A DNA stretch of 37,733 nucleotides from a virus. The notes under the pieces were generated by a model that was not told the origin of the DNA, made no database searches, and saw only the letters and a program-made list of their open reading frames with translations. Where the stretch lies: IMG/VR virus record IMGVR_UViG_3300043821_000021; one strand, 5' to 3'. Positions within the stretch are counted from its first letter, which is position 1. Each line of letters starts with the position of its first letter. The translations under genes and the position numbers were made by a program. Below are positions 15,364 through 25,447 of this stretch, one piece after another.

Positions 15364-18056
15364 TTCTTGCCTACGATTGATTTTATCTTATTATCCAGCT
15401 CCGTCGCCGCATTGATATCAGAGTAAACGACATAAGCCTTCAATGGCATCTGCTGCAGAATCTGAGTCATCAGCTCGTTGAACCGGCTTATTGCATTCAT
15501 GTCGCCGCCTGAGATGGAGACATCCGGAACAGTGCCGTTAGGTGTTGTTGCGCCTCCATCCGCAAAGCCCTTAATCCCAGAATGTGAGTAGTTGCCTGAT
15601 ACCCTAGCGGATTCAAGCCGTGCGAATGTTACAGGATTGGCCCTTACCATTGCAGCCGGTGCCACCCACTCATTAGCATGCACTACTCCCACCTCCTGAT
15701 AATCATTGGTAGCTGACTTTGTATAGCCGCCATGAGCGTAACCGGTCGCCACCCTATTGCCGACAGACGTATCAGATGAACCGGTTGAAGAAGAGGAAAC
15801 TGAAGCATTCATGATCGCATTGCGCTGTGCAATGATAGTGGCAATCTGAGCGGCTGTGGTTACTGCCATGATAGCAGCTCCGGCAATACCTGCAGGCCAG
15901 CCCAGTTCGGCAAAGGTTTTCACTATTGCCTGTGCGCCATTCGCAACGGTTTTGGCGATGGATATAGCCATATCCGCATTGGCGTATTTCTTTCTTACGC
16001 TCAGCTTCTTCTTCTCGTATTTCTCCTCAATCTTCTCTCTCTCTTCCTCGTTATCGCCTGCCGCCGTGAGCTCTTTCTGCATCTGTGCATCCAGCCTGGC
16101 TGTGGCTGCCTGCTGCAGAGCGCCGGTCATCGTGTCGAGTTCTTTCAGGTAGGATTCACCCTGCTTCAATCCATCTTGCAAAGTGGATAGATTGGTATCA
16201 CGTATCTGTTGAGCATAGCGCTGGATAATCTCCTTCCTCTTTGCCTGATAATCCTCTTCGGAGATCAGCTTCCGCTCATTGAGGTCATCCAGTTCCGCAA
16301 GCTCAGCGTCCCTCTGTTCCTCCAGTGCCGCAACCGGATGAAGTTCGTCAGTGATATCCTTAGCCTTGCCCATCAATTCCGCAAGACGCTCAGCTTCACG
16401 CTCAGTCTCATCGCCGATCTCATCCATGAGCTTCGCAACCTCATCATTCGCCTGCTTGATCGCCTCTGCGTTAATGGAGGCGACATCCTTTTCCATGTCC
16501 TCACGGAATTTCCTCACTTTTTCCGCCTGCTTGACCGTGAGATCCAGAATCTGGTTCTGATAGTCGATAGTGGACTGCTTGTAACGCTCGGAAATCGCTA
16601 TCTTCTGTTGGAGCCCTTCCTGCTGTATGCTTGCGATCTTTGCGTTATACATTTCTTCAGTATATTCGCCGTTGGCATAGGCCTCTTTCGCTTGAGCCTC
16701 CATCTCCTTCGTGTGCTCATCGGCCTGTGCAAGCTCTTCCTTATACGCCTTTTCCGCTGCCGACTGATGCTCTCTGGCCATCTCCTGGCGCAGAGAGCTT
16801 AAGGTCGTATTCATTCGAGTCGTCTGACTATAACGATCAGCATCAATCTTATTCAACTTTACAATGGCATCTACATAATTCTTAACCATCTCATCATTGG
16901 AGAGATTGTATTTATCCACCGTCTCTGCAACATTTTTCACTCCCTGATCAGTGGTTTCCTGCAATTCCTTCAGTTGCTTTTGCGCATTCTCTATTCCTCT
17001 GGCTGCATTGCCCATTGTATATGCATCGTTGCCTGCAAACATCTGAGTCTTTCTCAATGAATTGATAGTAGTAGTGAGATCCTTAACTTTAGAGTTATAC
17101 TCTTGTGCCTGCAGAATCAGATCTCGATTGTTGTTATACTCTTTTATAAAAGCATCTAATTCCTCATTGGTCATGTGAGTACGAGTCTGAAGCTGACTCT
17201 GTGCCGCTCCTAATTCATCTGTAGCGATAGCTTTACGTTTATCAGCAAGCTTATTTTCAATGTCAATCGCTTTTTGTGCTGCGTCGATTCTTTCTTGATC
17301 AGTGAGGCTAACATCACGCATCTGCTGCTTGTATTTCTCAATCTGAATACTTTTTTCTGATTCCTCGATTGAGAGAGAATTGTTTCTTTCGAAGATCTCA
17401 TCAAGAATCTGCCTTACCTTAACTCCATTGGCATAGCTTTCTTTCATGTCAGCTACCAGCTGATTCCATCCTTTGCCGGATGAAAGGTCTGCGACGAATG
17501 CTCCATAAGCATCTTTCATTCCTCCGGTGAATGCCTGCCACTGATCGCCTACTAACTGAGTCTGAGCGATCATATCGGAGCCGAACTTCTTAATCAGCGC
17601 TATTGCGCCGGTGATCATTCCAGCCCATCCGATTTTAGTAAAGAACCCCCCAAGCGTTTTCTGCGCTGTCCGTGACTGGTTATTTAGCTCATTCATCCTG
17701 TCTCGCACCTTCTTCAGCTGGTTCGCCGCCGCCGTGAACTCCTTTGTGTTGGGTGAGAGCTTTCGGAGCTCGCTGTTCAGTTTCCTGGCCGCTGACTGAA
17801 GCTCATTGATACTTGCGCCGTTCAGGTTGTTCATCGTAGCCTGGAAGCGCTTCATCCCTTCGTTGATGTCTTTCTCCGATGCCGTTATCTTTAGCAATTG
17901 CTTTTGCAGGCTGTTAAACTCCTTCGAGTGGAACGGAGTCTTTGACATCTGGGTGCGGATCTCTTCGGCCTTTGCCCTCAGCTCATCAAGATGCTGCATC
18001 GCATCCTGATTATTCAGAGTAATAACGGATTCTGTATAAACTGTATTCTTTGCCAT
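15360..18056 (-). CDS. Tail tape measure protein
   Basis: 898 aa with long Glu/Lys/Gln/Ala-rich coiled-coil stretches. Two Gly/Ala-rich hydrophobic segments are present (GWAGMITGAIALI, WPAGIAGAAIMAVTTAAQIATIIAQ). It lies directly upstream of the large tail proteins. Confidence 0.8.
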   Translation of the reverse strand: MAKNTVYTESVITLNNQDAMQHLDELRAKAEEIRTQMSKTPFHSKEFNSLQKQLLKITASEKDINEGMKRFQATMNNLNGASINELQSAARKLNSELRKLSPNTKEFTAAANQLKKVRDRMNELNNQSRTAQKTLGGFFTKIGWAGMITGAIALIKKFGSDMIAQTQLVGDQWQAFTGGMKDAYGAFVADLSSGKGWNQLVADMKESYANGVKVRQILDEIFERNNSLSIEESEKSIQIEKYKQQMRDVSLTDQERIDAAQKAIDIENKLADKRKAIATDELGAAQSQLQTRTHMTNEELDAFIKEYNNNRDLILQAQEYNSKVKDLTTTINSLRKTQMFAGNDAYTMGNAARGIENAQKQLKELQETTDQGVKNVAETVDKYNLSNDEMVKNYVDAIVKLNKIDADRYSQTTRMNTTLSSLRQEMAREHQSAAEKAYKEELAQADEHTKEMEAQAKEAYANGEYTEEMYNAKIASIQQEGLQQKIAISERYKQSTIDYQNQILDLTVKQAEKVRKFREDMEKDVASINAEAIKQANDEVAKLMDEIGDETEREAERLAELMGKAKDITDELHPVAALEEQRDAELAELDDLNERKLISEEDYQAKRKEIIQRYAQQIRDTNLSTLQDGLKQGESYLKELDTMTGALQQAATARLDAQMQKELTAAGDNEEEREKIEEKYEKKKLSVRKKYANADMAISIAKTVANGAQAIVKTFAELGWPAGIAGAAIMAVTTAAQIATIIAQRNAIMNASVSSSSTGSSDTSVGNRVATGYAHGGYTKSATNDYQEVGVVHANEWVAPAAMVRANPVTFARLESARVSGNYSHSGIKGFADGGATTPNGTVPDVSISGGDMNAISRFNELMTQILQQMPLKAYVVYSDINAATELDNKIKSIVGKK

Positions 18057-18061
18057 AAGTC

Positions 18062-18415
18062 TCAGACAAATATATAAGTATTGAATGCGCTAAGTTGCGC
18101 CGCATCATAACCGTACTTCGCAGCCAGCATGTAGCCCAGCTTCACGACCTCTTTGAGGAATACGCTGCTATACCAGGGCTTTCTCTCACGGAATCCGCCT
18201 GCGCCCATGTCAGCGAAACGGCCATAGTAGAGGAACGTGAAAGTCACCTTCGCCGGATTCCCTTGAGCATCAGCGGTCACGGCGGCATTGAACGAATGGA
18301 GCAATGAGCCTGTGTCAATGAGATCAAATTGCGTTATCTTCTTCTGCCAACGCTCAATGACTATTTCGGCCCATCGCTGTGCAGTAAGGAAAGAACTATG
18401 TCCGTTATCGGCCAT
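18062..18415 (-). CDS. Hypothetical tail-module protein
   Basis: 117-aa ORF with a TAATG overlap to the upstream gene, directly upstream of the tape measure. Confidence 0.45.
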   Translation of the reverse strand: MADNGHSSFLTAQRWAEIVIERWQKKITQFDLIDTGSLLHSFNAAVTADAQGNPAKVTFTFLYYGRFADMGAGGFRERKPWYSSVFLKEVVKLGYMLAAKYGYDAAQLSAFNTYIFV

Positions 18416-18861
18416 TATGCAAGCGAGATATTATCCTCAAACGATATTACAAGCTCATAGCCTCTGGCATTCTGGCCGCCATAGCGCTTCATGTAGGTCA
18501 TACGCCGCCAGTTCCATTCAGCAAGCTCAATATCTCCAGACTTCCTGGCTGAAATGAGCACCTTGAGGATCTTAATCATCAGCGCATACATCTTATTATA
18601 GATGGCTGTCTCATCCTCTCCTCTGCCCAGCTGTTCCATTACCCAGATGCTCTGGGAATATGAGTCAACCGGCCCTTCCACCAGCTGCAATGTACCTGTA
18701 CTCCGGCCCTCCAGAATCACGCACGGAAAATCCACAGTCCGGAGCGACGTGAGCATTGAGATGATAGCGTCGAATCCGTAACCGTCAAGAAACTGATCTT
18801 TGCCTTTGAACTCATCAATTGATGAAGTCAGCAGCTCACACAGATGATCTTTGCTTAGCAT
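18415..18861 (-). CDS. Hypothetical tail-module protein
   Basis: 148-aa ORF between the head-completion and tape measure genes. Confidence 0.45.
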   Translation of the reverse strand: MLSKDHLCELLTSSIDEFKGKDQFLDGYGFDAIISMLTSLRTVDFPCVILEGRSTGTLQLVEGPVDSYSQSIWVMEQLGRGEDETAIYNKMYALMIKILKVLISARKSGDIELAEWNWRRMTYMKRYGGQNARGYELVISFEDNISLA

Positions 18862-19555
18862 TATGATATTTATTTTGCAGAGTCAACAATACTGAATAAG
18901 TGTCTGAATCAAGAATTTCCTTGTTAGCCTGCGGCTTCCCCTCATTCACGGCAAGTAGCAGCTCTTCAAGCATCTCGACCTGGTTGAGATCAGAGACTGA
19001 GCCTCCGCTTACCAAGACATCCGGGAATCTCTCCATCAGATAATCAGTGAGGCCATTCCACCAAATGATGAGGCCCTTGCGCTGCCATGGAGTGAGCTTC
19101 TTTACCCTACCATCAGTCAGCACGGAGGCGGCATGATTCAGAAAGGCATTATCATGCTGAGCATAGTAGCGCCTGATATAGCTGTCAGCCTCATAGTATT
19201 TTCCGAAAGGCATTCCATAGAGTCTTCTGTTCATCTTAGGGAATGGGCATGGCGGCAAGCCTACTGAATCGAAGATGAATGACAGCTTATCGCAAGCCAA
19301 CTTGATGGTGGCAGCATTCAGGAACAGCTCCTTTCCGTCTTTGATAGCAGGCAGCAGGCCGGCAATGGCCTTTGGATTATAGGTCTTTCCGGGCCATTTG
19401 AGCTTCGCAAGCTTGAACAGGCAGAGAATGAGCGTCGTATCTCTGTCATATTCAAGGCAGAGAATCTTGCACACGTCCATATATTCCTGATAGGTCAGAG
19501 TCTCCCAGCCTTCAGGTATGGTCAGATTTATCGCTATTTTGTTCGATTCACCCAT
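18836..19555 (-). CDS. Hypothetical structural-module protein
   Basis: 239-aa ORF that overlaps the next gene by 26 nt. Confidence 0.45.
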   Translation of the reverse strand: MGESNKIAINLTIPEGWETLTYQEYMDVCKILCLEYDRDTTLILCLFKLAKLKWPGKTYNPKAIAGLLPAIKDGKELFLNAATIKLACDKLSFIFDSVGLPPCPFPKMNRRLYGMPFGKYYEADSYIRRYYAQHDNAFLNHAASVLTDGRVKKLTPWQRKGLIIWWNGLTDYLMERFPDVLVSGGSVSDLNQVEMLEELLLAVNEGKPQANKEILDSDTYSVLLTLQNKYHNAKQRSSV

Positions 19556-19604
19556 AATTTCGTGCTAAAAACGCCTTCATGCGTGCCAAAATCCGCTAAT
19601 TCAG

Positions 19605-20456
19605 TTAAAACATCGAGAATATAGGCCCATCCTCCCTCTCTTTCGTCTGGAAGTTAGAATAAGCATCAGAGCTCTTGAAGATAGGGAATGAGTCAATATG
19701 CGCTATCATGTAATTCGCCGCCTTGATAGCCTGATCGTTGCCGGTCATCCTGTCTCCCATAGCGAAAGCGGCAATGGAGATCTTGATAAGCTTCATGGCT
19801 GCCGTCTCTTCTGGCAAGAGAGTCTCTTTATCACGGATTTTCTCAATCAAAGCCTCAGCAAACTCTTTCGAGATATATTTGGCCGCATCGGTCATCAGAG
19901 CGACATTCAGCGCCGCATTAAGCCTCAGAAAATCCCTCCATGACTTAGGATAGAGATCCATGGTCTTTGAGTTATAAACGGCCAGATCACGAAGATCAGA
20001 GTAAGTCAGGAATAGGCCGTCTGACAATCTGCCGAATTGCTCCGTGCCTCTCCAGTCATCGCAAGTGCCGCTATTCATCAAGTACGAAACCAGTCTGTCA
20101 AGCTCTGCGTCAAGCTTCGTCTGTAGTGAGGCCTTGAGATTAGCCACCCTCTCTTTCGATGCCGGTGCGAAATCCTCGCTGTTGATTACTGCAAAACCGG
20201 CATCTGTTAGCACAAGATCCATCTCATGCATCGATGAGACGAATGCGCTGATGGAGATTATCCGCTGGCACATATGCAAGAGCTTCGCATCATCCTCATT
20301 ACGTTGCTCAATCCTCTCTTCCAGGTCAGTGCCAAGAATATTCTCCGACAGATCCTGCTGTGCCGATGAGAGCGCATCATCGAAGATGGACGGTGAGCCC
20401 TTCATATTGATTGTAGGCAGAAATTGCCTCATCTCATCTATATCTGTTACTATCAT
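19605..20456 (-). CDS. Hypothetical protein downstream of the portal (head-completion/adaptor position)
   Basis: 283-aa, mostly helical ORF, 2 nt after the portal stop. Confidence 0.4.
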   Translation of the reverse strand: MIVTDIDEMRQFLPTINMKGSPSIFDDALSSAQQDLSENILGTDLEERIEQRNEDDAKLLHMCQRIISISAFVSSMHEMDLVLTDAGFAVINSEDFAPASKERVANLKASLQTKLDAELDRLVSYLMNSGTCDDWRGTEQFGRLSDGLFLTYSDLRDLAVYNSKTMDLYPKSWRDFLRLNAALNVALMTDAAKYISKEFAEALIEKIRDKETLLPEETAAMKLIKISIAAFAMGDRMTGNDQAIKAANYMIAHIDSFPIFKSSDAYSNFQTKEREDGPIFSMF

Positions 20457-20458
20457 GG

Positions 20459-21805
20459 CTATACGTTGGTGTTAGTTGATTCCTGCTTCCCTGATTTATT
20501 CTGATCAAGCGTTGTGAAGATATATTCAGGGATGGTGATCATTACGTCCTTATCCCATCCGTTGAATTCCTTCACCACTTTGAGAGGCCGCAAGCACCGG
20601 TCAACAATTGGCTTCATCAGCGCCTGCTTCATCAGGAACAGCTCCCTTGCGTTAGAGCCGGAGATTGTACTGGCATTTTTGCCCGGTGTCGCTCCGATCA
20701 ATGCGCTGTGCACTCCCATCGCATAGCAGATGATATTGGCCGTGCTCTCGGTGTCATCGATATACTCATTCCCGGTCAGGTCATTCTTCACCGGCACTAT
20801 CTCAATCCATTTCTGCTCCGTAGATCCGTTGGCGGTCGGAATCATCTGCTTTATGGTCATGATGGTCTTGCTGGCGTTTTTCTCTCCGGAGAGGAAATCG
20901 GCGAATGCCTGTTTTTCTTTCTCGATTCTATCCCTATATGCTTTCAGGTCATTCTTATCAATGCCTTCCTTGCGGCATATATCGTCGAAATATTCCTGAG
21001 CCACATAGATAATATACTTCACGCCCAGCTGATTCTGAAGAATGGATTTCTTCAGTTTCGGAACCATGCAGCTGTGGTCATACCATCCTGAATTGAAGAT
21101 TGAGTACCATTCCGGCCTGGAGTAATAAGGCCTCCCTGGAGATGGCATATAGGATGGGAATATCAGCCTGGCGTCCTTCTTGCCCTTATACATGGTCATG
21201 TAGTTGATAGGATCGAACTCATCAACCACATCCCTAGCGATGATATCTTTAGAAGTCGGACTGTCATTCCAGTCGGCATAATAGTGCTTGTTAATGGAGC
21301 CTTTGGTGTCCATCTCACTCCATCTGGAATAGACTGCCTCACGATGCCTGATGGTGTCTATCACGCCATTGGCCATGTGCATCTCTGAGAATGAATTATA
21401 GAAATAATTCATATCCGTGAGCTGCTGCTGCATGAACATCGCAATATCATTCCGCTCGAACCAGTCATGCTCCTTGCCCTCGGTCACTTCCTCATAGTCC
21501 GTGACCTTGCCGTTCTTCCTGGCTAGCACACGGATGAGTTTCGGGCCCAGTCCGAAGCATGTGGAGATATTGAATTTCAGGTTTGCTCCGACGATATCGT
21601 TGGCCGCCACCCTGCTCAACAGATGGTACGGCAGCAGATTGTCAGGGCCCCACGGCATGATCTTATATTTACCCAGCGATATTGGCTCAAGCTCATAATC
21701 TTCCCTGAACTCAGGCGCAGAGGCGCTGTCGGTCATCAGGATTGTCTGCAAATCCGGAAACAATGTAACTCCGTCTATTACCTGGATGCCTGCGTTAGTG
21801 CTCAT
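20459..21805 (-). CDS. Portal protein (by position and size)
   Basis: 448-aa ORF one small gene downstream of the large terminase, with an acidic C-terminus. Confidence 0.6.
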   Translation of the reverse strand: MSTNAGIQVIDGVTLFPDLQTILMTDSASAPEFREDYELEPISLGKYKIMPWGPDNLLPYHLLSRVAANDIVGANLKFNISTCFGLGPKLIRVLARKNGKVTDYEEVTEGKEHDWFERNDIAMFMQQQLTDMNYFYNSFSEMHMANGVIDTIRHREAVYSRWSEMDTKGSINKHYYADWNDSPTSKDIIARDVVDEFDPINYMTMYKGKKDARLIFPSYMPSPGRPYYSRPEWYSIFNSGWYDHSCMVPKLKKSILQNQLGVKYIIYVAQEYFDDICRKEGIDKNDLKAYRDRIEKEKQAFADFLSGEKNASKTIMTIKQMIPTANGSTEQKWIEIVPVKNDLTGNEYIDDTESTANIICYAMGVHSALIGATPGKNASTISGSNARELFLMKQALMKPIVDRCLRPLKVVKEFNGWDKDVMITIPEYIFTTLDQNKSGKQESTNTNV

Positions 21806-22287
21806 AAGACTACCTCCTCTCCGTTGATTTCTGTAACCGTGAACCTGTTGACTTTCCTCACCTCCCTGGAAGGCAGGATCATAATATTGAAAGTCTCACC
21901 ATTGCCGTGGAATGATGTGGGAATAGCCTTATCAACGGATATAATAGTTCCGTCGGCGGCCACCCACTTGATGGATATCTCACGTTTCATGCGTGCGATG
22001 TCAGCTATTTTGTTACAACTGATCATAATTTTCCGTTTGTGCGAATATACCATTGCGAGGCACTTGCGATTAGGACAAAAGAGCGGTTTTGGATTAAAAA
22101 GCGAAAGCATATTAAATTTTTGGCTTTCAGGCAGATGAACTTTCAAAAACCGGAAAGGGCAAACAGACTTTCCTTCCGCATCCCCAGCCTTGCCCTCTCG
22201 AACCTTTGGCAATTTTCGACTCGTTTCTGCGTAATATGCTTTCCAATTTTCAGAGAATTGGAAAGCTTTAGAACGAAAAATCCCCAT
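21802..22287 (-). CDS. Hypothetical protein; true start probably internal (near 22052)
   Basis: The C-terminal 80 aa or so (MVYSHKRKIMISCNK...EINGEEVVL) look protein-like and overlap the portal start by ATGA. The 5' 230 nt contain strong hairpins and may be untranslated. Confidence 0.4.
   Translation of the reverse strand: MGIFRSKAFQFSENWKAYYAETSRKLPKVREGKAGDAEGKSVCPFRFLKVHLPESQKFNMLSLFNPKPLFCPNRKCLAMVYSHKRKIMISCNKIADIARMKREISIKWVAADGTIISVDKAIPTSFHGNGETFNIMILPSREVRKVNRFTVTEINGEEVVL
22238..22266 (-). promoter_or_regulatory. Perfect 11-bp stem hairpin between the terminase and portal genes
   Basis: gctttccaatt-ttcagag-aattggaaagc, with no mismatches in the stem. Confidence 0.5.
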
Positions 22288-22342
22288 GCCAACTGAGCGG
22301 CACAGGGATCGGAACGAACAGGGAAGTATATAAGTAAGAGAA

Positions 22343-23950
22343 TCAGAGAGCGGAGCCTATCCCAGCACCGTTGACGAAGTATGGATAAAGTACATTCCCA
22401 AGATAAAGAGTATCGAAAGCGTCAGTCCCATCAGTCCTCCACTCCAGAGGATCATCTTCACTTTCGGCAAGCTTTTCGCCGCCTTTCTGCTTATGAAATC
22501 CAGTAGGAGTAACAACTACCTCAGCGAGAGATATGGCAACAAGCAGCGCCTCGTTATTCTCCTTATTGAACATCGGCATCAGATGCTTCGCTCCCTTGAA
22601 TCCGTCGTTGATAATGGAATACTTCAGGTTGTGAGCCATCGGCCTACCGATGAACTTACCTTCTATCTTCCATCCGTGTTTCTCGAATTCTTCAATAACT
22701 ACAGACCGGAAGTCATCAGAGCTTACGGCATAGTTGGAGCCCAGAGCCGTGGAGTCATAATAGAACACAACCTCTTTGGTGATGTGGCTGCGATAATACT
22801 GGCAGAAGTCATCGATGAGCTCCCTCAGTTTTCTGGTGTATTTTACATAGAAGGACTTCAGAATCTTCAGGGTGCCGCCATCTTTCTGGCCTGCCACCAG
22901 CCAGTTGATATTGGCGTTATAGTCAAAGGCGATGCTGATAGGTGCCTTAAGATCCACGTCGGCATCCAGCTGGCAGCCATAGTCTTTATCAGCGGAATAG
23001 TCATCGCTCTCCAATGGAGCGTTGTTGTTGGCTATATAGGTATGCAGCGACTCACGGAAATTAGGATAGAAGCCATCCGACAAACGCTCAATGCGCTTTG
23101 AAAGGATGGAAGTCTGGAATGTCAGAGGCGGCAGGTCTCGCTTCATCTGCTTGATATAATCCAGGCCAACCACATCTATATTCTCGAATGTACTCCATTC
23201 CCTATAGAACACAGCTATACGCCGGAACTGGTTGATCATGTGCTCAATATTCCGTATGTCTATCTTGCGCCGTGTAGAAGGCGGCAGATGTATCAGCTCC
23301 CAGCGTTTCCATAGCAGGCCCTTGATAGTTTCAATAATCTCCGGAGTGGCTTTCTCACGGTAATTAAGCAGCCACCTGGCAGACTTAAGCACCGGCATAT
23401 CGCTCACGAAAAGCATGGAGTGATGCCACGGACAGTCAGAGAAATAGCGCATCGTGCCTCCGTTGGCAGGAAAAGTCTCATTCTTTAGCTTATCGAAATC
23501 AAGGCCTTTGGCTTCATCAGCTACTATCCAGTCAAAGGTGACTGAGTTGGAACTCATCTTCACATCCTGGCTCACAATCAGCATGATTGTGCCGTTATAG
23601 AAGGAAACCACATTATCGTAATCGCTGACCGGAACAAGAGGCTTCTTGAATCCAAGCTTCGCCGGCGGCCTCTTACCGATAACGTAATGAAGCCCCTCAA
23701 TGAATCCGGCTTCCTTAAGGCCGGATAAGGCAGCAGGCAGCGTGCGTGTATGTGCCTGCTTGAAGCTGGAACAGATGAAGCCTCCGGTTGAGCCTGGCAT
23801 GAACTGGACGTTCCGCTTAATTCGCCTGGAAACGATTCCAAAGCTCTTCCCGAAACGTCGACCGCAGATGTCCACCTCAGTGTTGGCTGCAATAGCAAGA
23901 GCCTCCTGTTGTGCCTTGTTAAGATATGTCAGCTGACTGTCATTGCTCAT
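22343..23950 (-). CDS. terL: Terminase large subunit
   Basis: 535 aa with Walker A-like CGRRFGKS, Walker B-like DWIVADEA, and a C-terminal nuclease-sized half. It is followed by the portal gene. Confidence 0.85.
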   Translation of the reverse strand: MSNDSQLTYLNKAQQEALAIAANTEVDICGRRFGKSFGIVSRRIKRNVQFMPGSTGGFICSSFKQAHTRTLPAALSGLKEAGFIEGLHYVIGKRPPAKLGFKKPLVPVSDYDNVVSFYNGTIMLIVSQDVKMSSNSVTFDWIVADEAKGLDFDKLKNETFPANGGTMRYFSDCPWHHSMLFVSDMPVLKSARWLLNYREKATPEIIETIKGLLWKRWELIHLPPSTRRKIDIRNIEHMINQFRRIAVFYREWSTFENIDVVGLDYIKQMKRDLPPLTFQTSILSKRIERLSDGFYPNFRESLHTYIANNNAPLESDDYSADKDYGCQLDADVDLKAPISIAFDYNANINWLVAGQKDGGTLKILKSFYVKYTRKLRELIDDFCQYYRSHITKEVVFYYDSTALGSNYAVSSDDFRSVVIEEFEKHGWKIEGKFIGRPMAHNLKYSIINDGFKGAKHLMPMFNKENNEALLVAISLAEVVVTPTGFHKQKGGEKLAESEDDPLEWRTDGTDAFDTLYLGNVLYPYFVNGAGIGSAL

Positions 23951-24497
23951 CAGGATTGTCGATTTCGTTAGTGTACTGCCTCAATAGCTTTTCTGCCTTT
24001 TCCTTTATATTCGGCACCTTCTTGATGCCGATGACTTCAGGATCTATACTGAAAGACTCATCTTTCGGAATAATCTCATCCCAAGGCATCTGCTCACCTT
24101 CCTCATCTTTCAGATTGTTGGCCTTCACCAGCGAGTCAGCCAGGCCTTTAAGGGCTTTGGACTTGCGATAGTCACCGGCCAAAGCAGCTGCCACGCCAAG
24201 CCGGATGAGATGGTTGGCAGTATATCTCTGGTAGTTTTTCTCAGCTGTTGTGAGATTGCCGAATGTGGCATTCAGCAGACTTATGTCATTATAGGCCTGC
24301 TGAATGGTTATGTCAAACTGTGTCGTAAGAAAATTACGGAGCTGGATTATCGTTATGGCAGGGTGCTCTAGCCTGTAAGCCTGCGCAGCCTTTAATCTTT
24401 TTAGGCGCACAATATCAGTGTCTTTAAGAAAAGCTTTGTCAACCTTTTTCCCTTCCAGTGCGTCGGAAATTCTGTCTGTAAGATCTCTTTTATTCAT
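23940..24497 (-). CDS. Hypothetical protein upstream of terL (possible small terminase or packaging accessory)
   Basis: 185-aa helical ORF that overlaps the terL start by 11 nt. Confidence 0.3.
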   Translation of the reverse strand: MNKRDLTDRISDALEGKKVDKAFLKDTDIVRLKRLKAAQAYRLEHPAITIIQLRNFLTTQFDITIQQAYNDISLLNATFGNLTTAEKNYQRYTANHLIRLGVAAALAGDYRKSKALKGLADSLVKANNLKDEEGEQMPWDEIIPKDESFSIDPEVIGIKKVPNIKEKAEKLLRQYTNEIDNPDEQ

Positions 24498-24801
24498 GGC
24501 ATCCTAATTCATCCTCTGTTTGTTTCATCTTCCATTCTTCCAGCTGTTGAACGGCCCATTGTTCACCGGATTCGGCTTTTTTCAGAACGGCCATGCGGAA
24601 TTTTAGCTCAGACTTGAGCTTCCCGGCTGTATAACGCCTGAAAATCGGATCATTCTTATTCATCATCCGCTGGCGCAGCTCATCAACATCAAGATCCATC
24701 ATCAGCGATATCTCATATAGCGAGTATTTCAGGCTCGCATAAGTCTCCAGAGTATCAAGATCCTCATCGGTCAGGAGCGTATAGTTATTGTCATCACTCA
24801 C
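24490..24801 (-). CDS. Small helical protein with a possible HTH (possible small terminase or DNA-binding protein)
   Basis: 103 aa. SLYEISLMMDLDVDELRQRM is HTH-like. Positioned upstream of terL. Confidence 0.3.
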   Translation of the reverse strand: MSDDNNYTLLTDEDLDTLETYASLKYSLYEISLMMDLDVDELRQRMMNKNDPIFRRYTAGKLKSELKFRMAVLKKAESGEQWAVQQLEEWKMKQTEDELGCHE

Positions 24802-25382
24802 GGCTCAAAGTTTATAGCATCGAGTCTCCGCATCCAGCCACGCAAGAATTTCCTGTTCTGTGGCCTACGTATGCAGATCTGCTCGAAATAGTCTTTCCTG
24901 GCTTTCTTAATCTCATTGAAGAAAGCCTCATTCAGCCTCTTGTTCAGCGCTGATAGAGTCTGAGGGCCGACAATCCCATCAACAGTGATTCCCAGTAATC
25001 TCTGAGGAATGGTTATCCCATATTTGCCGGAACCCCAAACCCAGTCAACCAGGATGAGAGCAAAAGACTCGTTCTGAATGCCATCAGCCTGCCAGCGGTT
25101 CCAGTAATACCGCCTAAGAATATCCTTCCAGTCAGCGTAAGGCATCCTTTTAAGATCATACACAGACGTGTATCTTATACCCTTCACGTTAAGCCTGTAG
25201 CGCCTATAAGTGTCGATTGTCACGCCGCACAGCGTTGCGCCACCGGCATCATCAGGATCATCGGCAAAGGCCCTCGTTCTGGCCGCCTCGAACTGGTGTT
25301 CCGGAGAATAGATCTGATACCGTTCCGGTAGGCCAGACTCCCAATGGATGAAAAATGGGATTATCTTATCAATATTAGCCAT
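24798..25382 (-). CDS. GH108-like muramidase with a PG_binding_3-like C-terminus (endolysin candidate)
   Basis: HWESG...DDPDDAGGATLCGVTIDTY resembles the GH108 E-G-G...D.GG.T..GI signature. LLGITVDGIVGPQTLSALN resembles the peptidoglycan-binding repeat. Confidence 0.7.
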   Translation of the reverse strand: MANIDKIIPFFIHWESGLPERYQIYSPEHQFEAARTRAFADDPDDAGGATLCGVTIDTYRRYRLNVKGIRYTSVYDLKRMPYADWKDILRRYYWNRWQADGIQNESFALILVDWVWGSGKYGITIPQRLLGITVDGIVGPQTLSALNKRLNEAFFNEIKKARKDYFEQICIRRPQNRKFLRGWMRRLDAINFEP

Positions 25383-25398
25383 AACTCACTCTTTTATA

Positions 25399-25425
25399 CA
25401 AAAATAGCCAGCTTCCGCTGGCTAT
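25399..25425 (-). terminator. Intrinsic terminator between the capsid module and the lysin/packaging module
   Basis: The - strand reads ATAGCCAGC-GGAA-GCTGGCTAT: a perfect 9-bp stem with a GGAA loop, followed by TTTTGT. It lies 23 nt after the stop of ORF 25448..26143. Confidence 0.65.
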
Positions 25426-25447
25426 ATAGGACAAAATGCAATTAGCA

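Noticed and set aside
16209-16802. 197-aa + strand ORF inside the tape measure gene, plus similar long antisense ORFs at 22493..23101, 21623..22138, 20044..20475 and 4004..4444
   Set aside because: All lie fully inside longer - strand genes that have recognisable motifs or module context. Their Leu/Ser/Arg-rich composition is typical of antisense frames.
18062-18861. Canonical -1 programmed frameshift (G/GT-type chaperone pair) upstream of the tape measure
   Set aside because: The 117-aa ORF is in the -1 frame relative to the 148-aa ORF. However, its frame has TGA and TAA stops just upstream of its ATG, and no slippery heptamer is present near 18415..18440.
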